Assembly (NCBI GenBank): GCA_001793155.1 | Contig: MGHI01000040.1 | Location: 3,209-67,208 of the forward strand | Origin: Candidatus Woesebacteria bacterium RIFCSPLOWO2_01_FULL_39_61 | GTDB lineage: Bacteria; Patescibacteriota; Microgenomatia; UBA8517 | Direction of reading: 5' to 3' | DNA length: 64,000 nt | Part shown: positions 17,718 through 27,905 of the stretch, piece by piece | Position numbering within the stretch: position 1 is the stretch's first letter | Layout: each line of letters opens with the position of its first letter | Made by a program: the position numbers and the translations under genes | The notes under the pieces: generated by a model | Told to the model about the DNA's origin: nothing | The model's database searches: none | The model's input: only the letters and a program-made list of their open reading frames with translations

Positions 17718-18941
17718 AGACTTATTTGCGTTAATAACCTGTTTATCTACTAAACCCAAAACTAGGCTAAATGAAAAGACAAGCATAACAATTATTGTAG
17801 GTACCAACCCCCACCAAAAACTTAAGCTGGTTGCAAAAAACAATGAGAGAGTCAGAAAGATCTTCCTTGTTATCATTACCTTACTATCAAGAAGTGCAAA
17901 GAGGGGTGGGAGAAGGATTACCAAATCATGAAGAAGGGTGTGGCCAGAAAACAATAGAGTAAAAAACACTGCAATTAAAAATCTGTGGCCAAATTTAGCA
18001 TTACGGGGATTTCTTATAAAAACAAGGATTGCCACAAAATAACAAACAACATTAAGGCCAATAGACTTATAACCATACAACCACCCTCTAAAAATAAAGG
18101 CGAGTAATCCATTTAGGCTAACCATCTTTACGGCCTGAGGATCATATTTCCAATAATCCTGGCCTGCGGCAATTATGTGAATATAATCAGAAAGGGTAGG
18201 AGTAATTCCCGAAATTAGTATACTAATTCCTACCAAGATAGCTAACATACTAAGAAAACCCAAGACAAAGCGCCTCTTATCCTGGACCAGGATATATAGA
18301 AACGGTGTAATAATCATAAATTGAGGTTTAATCAAAAAAAGGGCCGTAAATATACCTGCCTGAAATGTTTTTTTTCTGGTCAAGGAAAGAAAAATAAATA
18401 AGGTAACTATGGCTAGAATTAGGGTAGGTTGACCCATGAATAAAGTACCAATTACCGGCAAAAATAAGGGGGGGGAAATATATAAAAAAAGCCTGTTTAT
18501 TTTCTTAAAATATCTAGACGAGAGAAAAATAAGCATCCATAAAAAGAAAATATTTAAGGCTAAAAAAGAAATATAACCCACATCATATTCCATTAGCGAA
18601 AACGGAAGGTAGAAAAGAACAACAAAGGGAGGGTTCATAAACATCGCGACCGGTTTACTTTCCGAAAAAGTAAGCTCCTCTCCTAAATATTTTTTGATAA
18701 GCTTCAATTGGAAGGATCGTTGAACATCTACTTTATAGAGCGAGGAACCCTTCCCTTCCTTCACAATCTGGGCGGCTGTGTAAAAATGAATGAAGTCTGT
18801 CCCAAAAGCAAACTTTCCCCTCATAAGGAAAAGTACATATGAAAATATAAGAAGTACCATCACAATTCCAAAAATAAAAATTGTGGGGGTCGCTAAGTTG
18901 TGTATTGAAAAAAATTTCTTGCTTCGGAAATTTTTAGTCAT
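17700..18941 (-). CDS. Polytopic membrane protein, DUF2029/GT87-like (paralog group B)
   Basis: 413 aa. Shares the motif F..F..AA.IV..GKG..LY with 20557..21777 and 21728..22909. Confidence 0.45.
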   Translation of the reverse strand: MTKNFRSKKFFSIHNLATPTIFIFGIVMVLLIFSYVLFLMRGKFAFGTDFIHFYTAAQIVKEGKGSSLYKVDVQRSFQLKLIKKYLGEELTFSESKPVAMFMNPPFVVLFYLPFSLMEYDVGYISFLALNIFFLWMLIFLSSRYFKKINRLFLYISPPLFLPVIGTLFMGQPTLILAIVTLFIFLSLTRKKTFQAGIFTALFLIKPQFMIITPFLYILVQDKRRFVLGFLSMLAILVGISILISGITPTLSDYIHIIAAGQDYWKYDPQAVKMVSLNGLLAFIFRGWLYGYKSIGLNVVCYFVAILVFIRNPRNAKFGHRFLIAVFFTLLFSGHTLLHDLVILLPPLFALLDSKVMITRKIFLTLSLFFATSLSFWWGLVPTIIVMLVFSFSLVLGLVDKQVINANKSLEPSP

Positions 18942-18989
18942 CGAATCCTCTCTCTTGTAATTTTAAGAGTGCCTTCGTGGCGTTAATTA

Positions 18990-20555
18990 TTACTTATGTT
19001 TTTTTAAAACTACCGCGGTCTCATCCTGGTATACTTCTTCCCACCCGTCTTTTTCTAGCTGTTTTACAAGTTTAAAGTCTTTCTTTTTATAACCAAAGTA
19101 TGTTAAGAAGTTTCCAACTTTTTCAAAATAAACATCGAGTGGCGTATCGTCTTTCGGTTTGGTCCACAAAACTACCTGAATATTATATTCGTCAAATACT
19201 TTCTTATAGTCCAATTCCCCACCGAGAATTTTGGTGTAATCGTCAAAAGCCGAATTTGTTTCCCCGTCGGGAGCATTCCAACGCCAACTCGGCATTCTTC
19301 CATCGACAAATACCTTCTTTTCAGGTATTTTCCAAATCAAATAACCACCCCAACCGTACTCGGTAAAAATTTGTCCGGGAGGAGTATTCTCTTTAAGATA
19401 GTAAACCGCACTTTTGGGATAGTAGTTCTCTTCTGTCAAAGAAATTCCTTCGGCGTAATCAAAAATAAGCTGGAATAAAACAATTCCAAGCACCCCCAGC
19501 CAAGCCCATCTATATGCCTTAAAAATTCTCTCTAAGGCAGATTTCTTATTCTTAAGCTGATTGTGAAATGTCCAAATAGCTTGGGTTACAATCGGTAAAC
19601 CTGCAATTACCAAAAGAGGTAAATGTCTTCTTGAACTAACGGCCTGAACCAAAAAGAAGAAAAACAAAAAAACTTCCTCTGTTTTCAGAAATTTTCTTTG
19701 CTTCCAGACAAAAACCGAAGAAAAAGTACCCAAAACAATCATCGGTAAATTAAGCATGGTAATGGCCGGCATCCACTCGTTAATTGCCCAGCGAAGCTTA
19801 GCATCAACGATTGAAGACCAGACTTCCCTCCAGACACCAAAACCATAGGGATTTACTAGGGTAATAAGAAGGCTGGCAATAAAAATAAAATATGAATATA
19901 AGTTGACTTTCTTTTCTCTTAAGGATCTGGTAATCAATACCAGGAAAAATGACATTAATCCGGATGCAAATCCTCCGTGTGTGTTAGCCCAGACCAGAAA
20001 TATCAGTGGCAAAAAGAGTCTGTATTTTTTCCAAAGTATGTCGTCAAAGATCATCTTGAGGAGTAGTGCGAGAAATACCCAAGTTAAAATCTGGACACGC
20101 ACTCCAAAAAAGACAAAAAGTAAAGAGATAGATAGCAAAAATACAAAATTGGAAAAGTCTCCGAAATCGCCGCCCAAGGACTTCCGATAAATATTTGTCA
20201 AATCTTTCTTGACACTTGATTTTAAAGTTGAATGGGAAATCTTTATCGCCAAAAAAACAAAAAGAGAGTAGATAAGCGCAAGACCTATCTTACCGACAAT
20301 TGGGAAAAGATACGAAAGCGTCAGGCTTTGCAACCAGGCATGATCAACATATGGGAAGGAAGGCATCGTATAACTAAAGGGGTCCTTATATTGTATGCCC
20401 GTCTTGAGAATTAGTTCGCCCGATTTCAACCTCCAGCCAAAATCAGGATCAAGAAAGACAATCGCTCTCGTCCAAAATAAGATTAAAGCCAGCATATAAA
20501 ATATCGCTCTGCCGTACTTCTTTGCAAAGGCCAAAAAATAATTTAAGTGGTACAT
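18990..20555 (-). CDS. Membrane protein with N-terminal polytopic domain and C-terminal soluble domain
   Basis: 521 aa. About 10 TM helices, then a ~170-aa hydrophilic C-terminal domain. Confidence 0.45.
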   Translation of the reverse strand: MYHLNYFLAFAKKYGRAIFYMLALILFWTRAIVFLDPDFGWRLKSGELILKTGIQYKDPFSYTMPSFPYVDHAWLQSLTLSYLFPIVGKIGLALIYSLFVFLAIKISHSTLKSSVKKDLTNIYRKSLGGDFGDFSNFVFLLSISLLFVFFGVRVQILTWVFLALLLKMIFDDILWKKYRLFLPLIFLVWANTHGGFASGLMSFFLVLITRSLREKKVNLYSYFIFIASLLITLVNPYGFGVWREVWSSIVDAKLRWAINEWMPAITMLNLPMIVLGTFSSVFVWKQRKFLKTEEVFLFFFFLVQAVSSRRHLPLLVIAGLPIVTQAIWTFHNQLKNKKSALERIFKAYRWAWLGVLGIVLFQLIFDYAEGISLTEENYYPKSAVYYLKENTPPGQIFTEYGWGGYLIWKIPEKKVFVDGRMPSWRWNAPDGETNSAFDDYTKILGGELDYKKVFDEYNIQVVLWTKPKDDTPLDVYFEKVGNFLTYFGYKKKDFKLVKQLEKDGWEEVYQDETAVVLKKHK

Positions 20556-20556
20556 T

Positions 20557-21777
20557 TTATGCTTCTAGAAAAATATGACTTTTGCCTACTATCAAAAACA
20601 ACACCCCCAGTGTCAGTAGAGGGAAAGATAAATACGCCTGAAATCCTGTATAGGCAAGAATTGGTAGCGCATAGATAACAAACGCCAGAAAGTAGGCAAA
20701 TTTAAACCTCTTTTTCCTACCCCTAAATATCTTATTAAATATAATGTAGAAAGGAATTAAAAGGAGAACATAGTCAAAACTTAGGAAATGAACAGAAAAT
20801 ACTATCGAAAAGAGAATCGTCGAAACGAACAATGTCTCGTAGGTTAATTTACGAGACCGTATCGCAAAAAATATCAGCACCACAAAATATAAAAGAGTAT
20901 TTAGAAAGACCACAAATCTGCCGGATAGATTAGAAAATAAAAAACGGGTATTCGCATAGAAAGATCCCATATCTTGGAATCTGCTTCCATAGTTTGAATT
21001 CTCCGTTGTAAATAAAAACGCAGGATAGCGAAGAAACCACAAGGGATAGGACATGACTGAACTTACTAAGATTAAGAAGGCAAACATTGGAAAAAAACCG
21101 ATCAAAAATTGCTTTTTTTCTCTAACTAAAAAAAAGATAAAAGGTATCGCCGTAAGATATTGTGCCTTAATTATCAAAAGAGACGAAAATACACCGGCAA
21201 GAACATACTTTTTATCTTTTATGCTATTAAAGATAATCAAAAAGATGGTTGTAATTAGCACTGAAAGTTGTCCCATACATAGAGCTTGCAGTGCTGGAAT
21301 AAATACGATCACCAATAAAAATAAGTATTTAGACTTTGCGGAAATGTTTTCAAACACCCTTGTGAGTAGATAGTAAAAAAAGATAAGTAATAAAAAATTT
21401 CCTATGGAAAATATCGTGTAAGCAGTCTCCAGGGAAAGAAAGGTTAAAGGAAGATAGATAAGAAGCACAGCAGGAATTCCTCGGAAAGGCAAGACCCAGT
21501 CACCTATTTTCGGATCTATTACTGACGTTTGAAAAAAATATTGTGTTGGCAAATCATAAAGCAAGCTCCCCTTTCCTGCGGCAAGTATTTCAGCTCCAAC
21601 AAAATAACTGATAAAGTCTGCCGATTTTGAAAAATAACTCCTATTTACCAGAGTTGCCATAAATGTAGCTAAAAATATCGAAAGAAAAGAAGCGTGAACA
21701 ACAATTTTTTTTATAGTTTGTGATTTTTTAGTTTTCTTCATGTGAGCGGCTCCCAGGAAAGAGAAAAAACAGACCAA
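20557..21777 (-). CDS. Polytopic membrane protein, DUF2029/GT87-like (paralog group B)
   Basis: 406 aa. The true start is probably MKKTKKS at 21741, which trims the overlap with the upstream gene. Confidence 0.45.
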   Translation of the reverse strand: MVCFFSFLGAAHMKKTKKSQTIKKIVVHASFLSIFLATFMATLVNRSYFSKSADFISYFVGAEILAAGKGSLLYDLPTQYFFQTSVIDPKIGDWVLPFRGIPAVLLIYLPLTFLSLETAYTIFSIGNFLLLIFFYYLLTRVFENISAKSKYLFLLVIVFIPALQALCMGQLSVLITTIFLIIFNSIKDKKYVLAGVFSSLLIIKAQYLTAIPFIFFLVREKKQFLIGFFPMFAFLILVSSVMSYPLWFLRYPAFLFTTENSNYGSRFQDMGSFYANTRFLFSNLSGRFVVFLNTLLYFVVLIFFAIRSRKLTYETLFVSTILFSIVFSVHFLSFDYVLLLIPFYIIFNKIFRGRKKRFKFAYFLAFVIYALPILAYTGFQAYLSFPLLTLGVLFLIVGKSHIFLEA

Positions 21778-22909
21778 CCATCAAAAATGCGAATTGTAAA
21801 AAATAGGTTGTATTCAAAAAAATTATTGACGGTAGAAAAAATAAAAAAAAGACAATGATTTGGGAAACGTACTTTCTTTTCTCTTTTTTTAAAAAAACCA
21901 GATTTAAGATTATAAAAATCGGAATAAGAGTCACTGTTAAGTCATGGGCCAAAGTGTGCATTGAAAAAAATATTGAAAAAAGAACCGCTGAAATAAAGGA
22001 CTTTTCTCTATCCACTTCTTTATATCTATACCGAAAAATGACCAAAGCTAGTAAATAAAAGATTAAATTAGCTGCAATCAAGAATTCTCGCGGCATCTTA
22101 CTAATCATGTTTTGGGCTAATAAAAAACCATAAAATGTAAAAGACAAAGCCGCATTACTGCCAAGTTTCGGAATCTCGCTGCTTAAAACGAACTCGGGAT
22201 ACTTTTGTAAAGTTTGCCAGCCGGATATATACAAACTCACAGATAATATAAGAAGCATGGAAATAAAAAACCCCTTAAGATATGACTTTTTATCTTCAGA
22301 AAGGATAAACAAAAAGGGGAAAAGGGTTAGATATTGTATTTTCAGCAGAAAGAAAGAGGTAAAAAAACCAAGTAAAAACCATTTTTTCTTTTTTAATAAA
22401 AAATAAAGCGAAGCATATAAAAGTAATAAGATAACTGAAGTCTGCCCCATTCTTAGGGAAAGCAAAACAGGTAAAAAGACAATTGGAATTAAGCCGAGAA
22501 AAGGCTTACCTCTAACCAAATCCCTAAATTGAATCGATAACCAAACCGAGGTCAGCACAAGAATGATGTAGTTGGTGTATACAAAATACTTGTATGCCAT
22601 CAGTGGGTGCAAAAACGAAAACGGTAAAAAGATAATCACCGAAGCTGGAATTAACCTAAAACCGTTTCTATTCCTTACGTCCGTCCTTTCAATATACTTC
22701 TCCTGAATCTGATAGTTGAAACCTATATCATAAAGCTTCTCGCCTTTTCCGTCTTTTACGATTTTAGCTGCAACAAAATGATTAAGAAAATCACTTTCCA
22801 GCAACAAATTCTCCGTTGGTTTGAACAAGATAATTATGGGAATGCTGACTATAAAGAAATATAAGACCAATAGTACCAAATTAACGTTTTTATTTTTGAT
22901 AGTCTTCAT
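21728..22909 (-). CDS. Polytopic membrane protein, DUF2029/GT87-like (paralog group B)
   Basis: 393 aa. Shares the conserved N-terminal motif FLNHFVAAKIVKDGKGEKLYD with the other group B paralogs. Confidence 0.45.
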   Translation of the reverse strand: MKTIKNKNVNLVLLVLYFFIVSIPIIILFKPTENLLLESDFLNHFVAAKIVKDGKGEKLYDIGFNYQIQEKYIERTDVRNRNGFRLIPASVIIFLPFSFLHPLMAYKYFVYTNYIILVLTSVWLSIQFRDLVRGKPFLGLIPIVFLPVLLSLRMGQTSVILLLLYASLYFLLKKKKWFLLGFFTSFFLLKIQYLTLFPFLFILSEDKKSYLKGFFISMLLILSVSLYISGWQTLQKYPEFVLSSEIPKLGSNAALSFTFYGFLLAQNMISKMPREFLIAANLIFYLLALVIFRYRYKEVDREKSFISAVLFSIFFSMHTLAHDLTVTLIPIFIILNLVFLKKEKRKYVSQIIVFFLFFLPSIIFLNTTYFLQFAFLMVGLFFLFPGSRSHEEN

Positions 22910-22957
22910 TAAGGTTTTTAGTATCTATATTACGGATATCGGAATTATATAGGGCAT

Positions 22958-24190
22958 TTAAATGAAGTCTGATAAAAAGGTAATAAACAAATAAAGATTT
23001 GTATGGGCAACAACTAAAATAACGATTTTAAAGGCCTTCGAAAGGATTCTGTATTTTCTCCTGTAGCCAATTAAAAGAATCAAAAAAAGTAAAGGGAGAA
23101 AATCCAACGAATACCTATATCCAAACTGACGATATCCTACTCCGTAATAAAGAAGTATCGGCAATGCGATTATTAAAGCTGTGACCCACATAAGTTTCAA
23201 CAACCGATTTTTATACTTCAGTAAGAAAAGGTACAGAAAGTAAGGCGAGGTAAAAAAGATACTTACTCCCCAGGGATTGGCTTTTATATAAGGGTATGTT
23301 AATACGTGAGAAAGGCCATCCTTGAAAACCGGCGTGGGTGAACTTAACAAGAAGTAATATAAATTTCCAGGGAGATGAATAAGGTTAAAAATTCCGTATT
23401 CCCGAGCTTTAAGGGCCGAACCTTTAATTAACTGAAAATTATAACCCAGTTCAAAAATGTTTCTGAACCTAAGCTGGTTATAAAGAAATGCCAAAAAGAT
23501 AGCCAGGATAAAAGGTGAAATAATCTTAGTTAAATTCAAAAGTCTCGAGCGAAAGGTTGTATGCGTATTAAAATATATATCGGCGACAAAAAGTACTATT
23601 ATTAAGCTTGCAGGAGTTCTGGTCAGAAAAAGTAATCCGCTAATTACCCCTAAAACCCAATGGCGTTTTTTTGACAGAAACTCGTAAAGTCCAAGAAATA
23701 GTAAAAAGGTAGCCACAACTTGAGAGTAATACCAACTCCACGGCCAAAGGGCAACGCCCAGAAAAACTGAACTAAAACAAAAAGCAAAAGCCAAAAACAA
23801 CGAGTCATTTGAAGAGTATTTAATTTTCCTGCAAATCCGATAGATAAGATAAAAAACTCCAGCCACCAAAAAAAATTGTAGATACCCCTGCAGGAAAAAT
23901 TTTCCAAAAAGGCTAAATATATAAACGAAAGGTATTAAAATAATGGCCGGAAAAGGCTGAAGCGGCCAATAAAACTTACCCTCAAAGAGGGCGGTATCAT
24001 AAACTGCAACTTTTGTTTGTGTAAAATAAAGTTTACCTTGCAAAAAAGAGTACGCCAAATTAGAAAATTGTTGGTCTCCGGAGATAAAAAAGTTTAAGAG
24101 TCCGCAAATTAAAAAGAAGAAGATCATGCTCATAATCACAACCCTCTTCCCGAGTGGATAATTTTGGATTGGTTTTTTGAAATTTGCCAT
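22958..24190 (-). CDS. Polytopic membrane protein, GT-C-like (paralog group C)
   Basis: 410 aa. Shares FLQGKLYF...YDTALFEGKFYWPLQPFPAIILIPFV with 26461..27828, 27904..29106 and 29131..30351. Confidence 0.45.
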   Translation of the reverse strand: MANFKKPIQNYPLGKRVVIMSMIFFFLICGLLNFFISGDQQFSNLAYSFLQGKLYFTQTKVAVYDTALFEGKFYWPLQPFPAIILIPFVYIFSLFGKFFLQGYLQFFLVAGVFYLIYRICRKIKYSSNDSLFLAFAFCFSSVFLGVALWPWSWYYSQVVATFLLFLGLYEFLSKKRHWVLGVISGLLFLTRTPASLIIVLFVADIYFNTHTTFRSRLLNLTKIISPFILAIFLAFLYNQLRFRNIFELGYNFQLIKGSALKAREYGIFNLIHLPGNLYYFLLSSPTPVFKDGLSHVLTYPYIKANPWGVSIFFTSPYFLYLFLLKYKNRLLKLMWVTALIIALPILLYYGVGYRQFGYRYSLDFLPLLFLILLIGYRRKYRILSKAFKIVILVVAHTNLYLFITFLSDFI

Positions 24191-24196
24191 GTGTGA

Positions 24197-25708
24197 TCAT
24201 TTACCAGGATTTGCTACATATAAGTTTACCTCTTCGTGATCGTTAGAGGTCCCGGCAACGTTTTTAAGTCCAAATTTATTAGCGAAATTTGTCAAATACT
24301 CTTCTTTATACCAGCCGTCGAATTCGTTTTTGGAAACAATTAAAAACAAGGTGTTGTCTAAGGTTTCTTTATTTAATTTAGAGTGTCTTTTTATATCTTT
24401 TTCGGCAAGTATATTAAATCGCCGGGAGAGAAAAAAAGGCTGGAAATAGCGATCTGGCGACAGTTTATCAAAAGTAAAGTAAAGCTGGGGATAGTAAGTT
24501 ACAACCATCAAATATTCCTTGGAGTCCAGAAGGTCTTTGTGATTCGTTATAAAATTTTGAACCCGGGTAAGATCTGAGTCTCTATCTTCGCTAAAAAGAA
24601 AGTGGCGGTAACTACCCACCTCCGATATAAAAAGCAACAGTAAAACGGATGCTAGTAAGTGCGACATCCTGGTCTCTGGAATTATTTTCCTCCCCTGAAG
24701 AGCAGAATTTCCTCTGAAAGATAAAGCTATTATCAAGACCATAGCTATCGTGACAATCAAAGAGAATTGTACGAAATGGTGAAAATAAAATAACCCCCCT
24801 ACAAAAGTCGATGAGATCGAGGCGAAAAAGATTGCAAATATCAAAAACTTATACTCTATTAACTTATTATTTAGTAGACTGAAATAAAGGAGGGGAATAA
24901 CCAAGATTATGGATAAAAACAATCTCGTTTCAGAAGAGATGTTTAAAACTAGCTGTCTTAAATAATCGGTTTTTATCAAGCGAGAGTATCCCGAGTTAAA
25001 AACTAGTAAATTATCAATTAAGTAGTCCAGCCTGCCCCCCAAAACAACGTAAAATAAAATTACCGAGAGGAAAGATACTATAGACCCGACAAAAAATTTT
25101 AAAAATATAGCCAATTTCTCACCCTTACTTAAAAACCAGACCAAGGGAACAATTCCCCAAAAAATAGTCGTCGGTCTGGTAAGTATTGCCAAAGAGTAAA
25201 GAATTCCAGCAAAAAAGACTTTTTTTCTTTCTACTAACAAAAGCGATGAAAGTATAAAGAAAAAAGCCACGGTTTCGGAGTATACGCCTCCTGTAAATGT
25301 CCCTATCGAGTAACTTTTGATAAGAAGGGTAATAAAAAAAGAAAGAAATATTCCCCACTTACCTGATAGTAAGTTTTGCACCTTAAACCAACTGGTTGCA
25401 ATCTTAATTGAAAAGAAGGACAAAAAAGTATCCAGGATGGTACTTGTCACAATTAATGCAAGTTTGTAGTTATTTTTAAAAAAGAGATATAAAACCGAGA
25501 AGAAAAAGTAAAGTACAGGGCCTTTATTATCGGCAAAATCTACATACATGTCTTTCCCTTGGGCAACGCCACGACCGATATAATAAAAGGAAAAAAAGTC
25601 AGGATCAATATTTCCCCAAAGAAAGCTTAAGGATACCAAAAAACTAGTTATAATAATTACCAAGAAAAGGTGCTTTTCCTTAATTTTTAAATTTCGATTA
25701 ACCTGCAT
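24197..25708 (-). CDS. Polytopic membrane protein with C-terminal soluble domain, GT-C-like
   Basis: 503 aa. N-terminal ~11 TM helices, then a ~150-aa soluble domain. Confidence 0.45.
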   Translation of the reverse strand: MQVNRNLKIKEKHLFLVIIITSFLVSLSFLWGNIDPDFFSFYYIGRGVAQGKDMYVDFADNKGPVLYFFFSVLYLFFKNNYKLALIVTSTILDTFLSFFSIKIATSWFKVQNLLSGKWGIFLSFFITLLIKSYSIGTFTGGVYSETVAFFFILSSLLLVERKKVFFAGILYSLAILTRPTTIFWGIVPLVWFLSKGEKLAIFLKFFVGSIVSFLSVILFYVVLGGRLDYLIDNLLVFNSGYSRLIKTDYLRQLVLNISSETRLFLSIILVIPLLYFSLLNNKLIEYKFLIFAIFFASISSTFVGGLFYFHHFVQFSLIVTIAMVLIIALSFRGNSALQGRKIIPETRMSHLLASVLLLLFISEVGSYRHFLFSEDRDSDLTRVQNFITNHKDLLDSKEYLMVVTYYPQLYFTFDKLSPDRYFQPFFLSRRFNILAEKDIKRHSKLNKETLDNTLFLIVSKNEFDGWYKEEYLTNFANKFGLKNVAGTSNDHEEVNLYVANPGK

Positions 25709-25727
25709 GGTAAATGCTCCCGGAAAC

Positions 25728-26453
25728 TTAAAAGGGGGGAAATAAACTTAAAAGCGTAGATAATCCATACTTAACACTTCTTGTAAAACTAATAGAAGAC
25801 GCTTCATTAAAATAACGAACCGGAACGGGAGTTTCTCCAACCCGAAAACCACGCCTGATTGCCGAAATTAGTATTTGTTGATCAAATACAAAGTCGTCAG
25901 AAAATTTGTGAAACGGCACCCTTTTAAGCACCTTTTGGTGAAAGGCGCGAAAACCGGTATGATATTCTGATAAATTCTGACCAAGGATGATATTTTCCAC
26001 AATAGTTAATAGCCTATTTCCCAAATATTTATAGAGGGGCATCCCGCCGGCCAACGACTCTTTTCTGGTTCTAATTCTTGAACCCAACATTAGGTCAAAA
26101 CGTCCTTCAATAATCGGTTTTACCAATTCTTCAACCAAACTGCTGTCGTATTGATAATCCGGATGAATCATCACAACAATATCGGCTCCCTCGTTTAAAG
26201 CCAACGTATAACAGCTTTTTTGATTTCCGCCATAACCCCTGTTCTGGGGGTGAACAAAGGTCTTAATACGAAGGCGTTTGGCAATTTCTACGGTTTTATC
26301 GTGACTTCCGTCATCAACCAGTATTATTTTATTAACAATTTTTTTGGGTATATCCTCGTAAGTCTTTTTTAAAGTTTTTTCCGCATTGTAAGCCGGCATC
26401 ACTACTACTATTTTCTCAAAATTGATTCTTTTTCTCTTAGATGTGCTTTTCAT
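25728..26453 (-). CDS. GT2-family polyprenol-phosphate sugar transferase (DPM1/GtrB/ArnC-like)
   Basis: 241-aa ORF: VVMPAYNAEKTLKKTYEDIP...ILVDDGSHDKT...HPDYQYD..., a typical GT-A DxD-fold Dol-P-Man/Und-P-Glc synthase pattern. Confidence 0.8.
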   Translation of the reverse strand: MKSTSKRKRINFEKIVVVMPAYNAEKTLKKTYEDIPKKIVNKIILVDDGSHDKTVEIAKRLRIKTFVHPQNRGYGGNQKSCYTLALNEGADIVVMIHPDYQYDSSLVEELVKPIIEGRFDLMLGSRIRTRKESLAGGMPLYKYLGNRLLTIVENIILGQNLSEYHTGFRAFHQKVLKRVPFHKFSDDFVFDQQILISAIRRGFRVGETPVPVRYFNEASSISFTRSVKYGLSTLLSLFPPF

Positions 26454-26460
26454 AAATTTA

Positions 26461-27828
26461 TTAATTCATAAAGTAGGCTGTTATAAAAAAATATAAATTC
26501 GTCAGCGACGAAACAAAAATTAACAACTTAAACCCATCGGAAAGTTTACCGAACGTATTCTTATAATTTTTAATAAGTAGGAAAAAAAGAAGCGGCAGAA
26601 AATCAAGAGCATAACGATATCCGAACTGGCGAGAACCTATCGCGTAATATAGAAATATTGAAAACGCGATTACGGATATTGTTAGCATGAGAATTTTGGA
26701 CAACTTGTCTTTATACGAAAGTAAAAATAAGTAGCCAAAGATTGGCGACGTAACAAAAATACTCATCCCCCACGGGTCTGCCTTTACAAAAGGGAAAGTC
26801 AAAACGTGAGAAATTTCATCTTTGAAAACTGGAAGCGGCGTTGCTAAGAGAAAATAATATAAGTTTCCTGGAATGTGATAAAGACTTAGCACTCCATAGT
26901 CGCGAGCCTTGGTTGAACCCGCCAAATTAATGGCGTTAGTATAACCAAATTCAAAAACGTTCTGAAACCGTATCCAGTTATAGGCGAAAAAGAGTATAAA
27001 AGCTAGGATAACTGGGGTACATAATAAAAAAACCTTTTTCGTTTTCTCAATCCAGCCCTCTCCCTTATTTGTAAGAATGCTCATTAAAGGAAACACAAGA
27101 ATTCCTACAGATGACGCCCTGGTTAATAAAAGCAGTCCCACAAATAAACCCAACAAAACTTCTGGCACCTTGTTCAACGAGTTATGACGTCCTCCCCACC
27201 TTGAAAGGCGGGGTATCCCTAAGGAGGACGACATATCGGCGTTCAATTCATCCCCGCCCTGAAGGGTGGGGTTTTCTTGAATGCCGTTATAAATAAGAAG
27301 GAATATAAGTAGTGTTACTAGTGTATGGGCAATAAAACCTGGCCACAAAGCACTACCCAAGAATACCGTTGAGAAGCAAAAAGCAAAAGCTAAAAACAAA
27401 GAATCCTCATGTTCGTATTTAACTTTTCTTGCAACCTTATAGCAAAGATAAAAAACTAAAATCACCAATAACGGCTGAATATAGCCGTGATATATACGAA
27501 CCCCCAACAAATGAGAAACCAGCACAAAGGGTAATAAAAATACAGCCGGAAAAGGGCCGTGAGGAGAATAGTAGTTTCCTCTATCGGGGGTTGTGTCTAA
27601 CCAACTTCCATCAGGCTGGGTTAAAAAATAAGTCTTTCCGGACCAAAAAGATTCAGCCAAACGGGTGAAGTATTCACCCTTGAGAGTAAAATTAAATGCG
27701 ACAACGACTGAAAAAAACAAGATAATAGAAACCTTCAAAATTCTGGTCATTTTTTCAAATAATAATAACAAAAATAATCTCTGATAAAAAATTTCCCCGG
27801 AGACACCCCCACAACACCCTTCCTTCAT
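26461..27828 (-). CDS. Polytopic membrane protein, GT-C-like (paralog group C) carrying an in-frame ~40-aa insertion derived from a MITE-like repeat
   Basis: 455 aa. Relative to paralog 22958..24190 it contains the extra segment ...NPTLQGGDELNADMSSSLGIPRLSRWGGRHNSLNKVPEV... This segment is encoded exactly by repeat copy B (27183..27295). Confidence 0.5.
   Translation of the reverse strand: MKEGCCGGVSGEIFYQRLFLLLLFEKMTRILKVSIILFFSVVVAFNFTLKGEYFTRLAESFWSGKTYFLTQPDGSWLDTTPDRGNYYSPHGPFPAVFLLPFVLVSHLLGVRIYHGYIQPLLVILVFYLCYKVARKVKYEHEDSLFLAFAFCFSTVFLGSALWPGFIAHTLVTLLIFLLIYNGIQENPTLQGGDELNADMSSSLGIPRLSRWGGRHNSLNKVPEVLLGLFVGLLLLTRASSVGILVFPLMSILTNKGEGWIEKTKKVFLLCTPVILAFILFFAYNWIRFQNVFEFGYTNAINLAGSTKARDYGVLSLYHIPGNLYYFLLATPLPVFKDEISHVLTFPFVKADPWGMSIFVTSPIFGYLFLLSYKDKLSKILMLTISVIAFSIFLYYAIGSRQFGYRYALDFLPLLFFLLIKNYKNTFGKLSDGFKLLIFVSSLTNLYFFITAYFMN
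27183..27295. repeat. MITE-like palindromic repeat, copy B (inside CDS 26461..27828, in frame)
   Basis: tgacgtcctcc-[CCACCTTGAAAGGCGGGG]-tatccctaaggaggacgacatatcggcgttcaattcatcccc-[GCCCTGAAGGGTGGGG]-ttttcttgaatgccgttata. About 80% identical to copy A outside the stems, and the stems are compensatory. Confidence 0.6.
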
Positions 27829-27829
27829 T

Positions 27830-27905
27830 ATCGGGCGGGGCCTTAAGAGGGAGGCATAAATATTTATCTACCGAGTCAGTGTCGAAAGTTTTCTTGAATG
27901 CTTCT
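27830..27905. repeat. Degenerate partial MITE-like repeat, copy D
   Basis: ...ttaagagggaggcataaatatttatctaccgagtcagtgtcgaaagttttcttgaatgcttctata shares the 3' portion (taaRgRggagg...gttttcttgaatgcYNNtata) with copies A and B. Confidence 0.3.
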
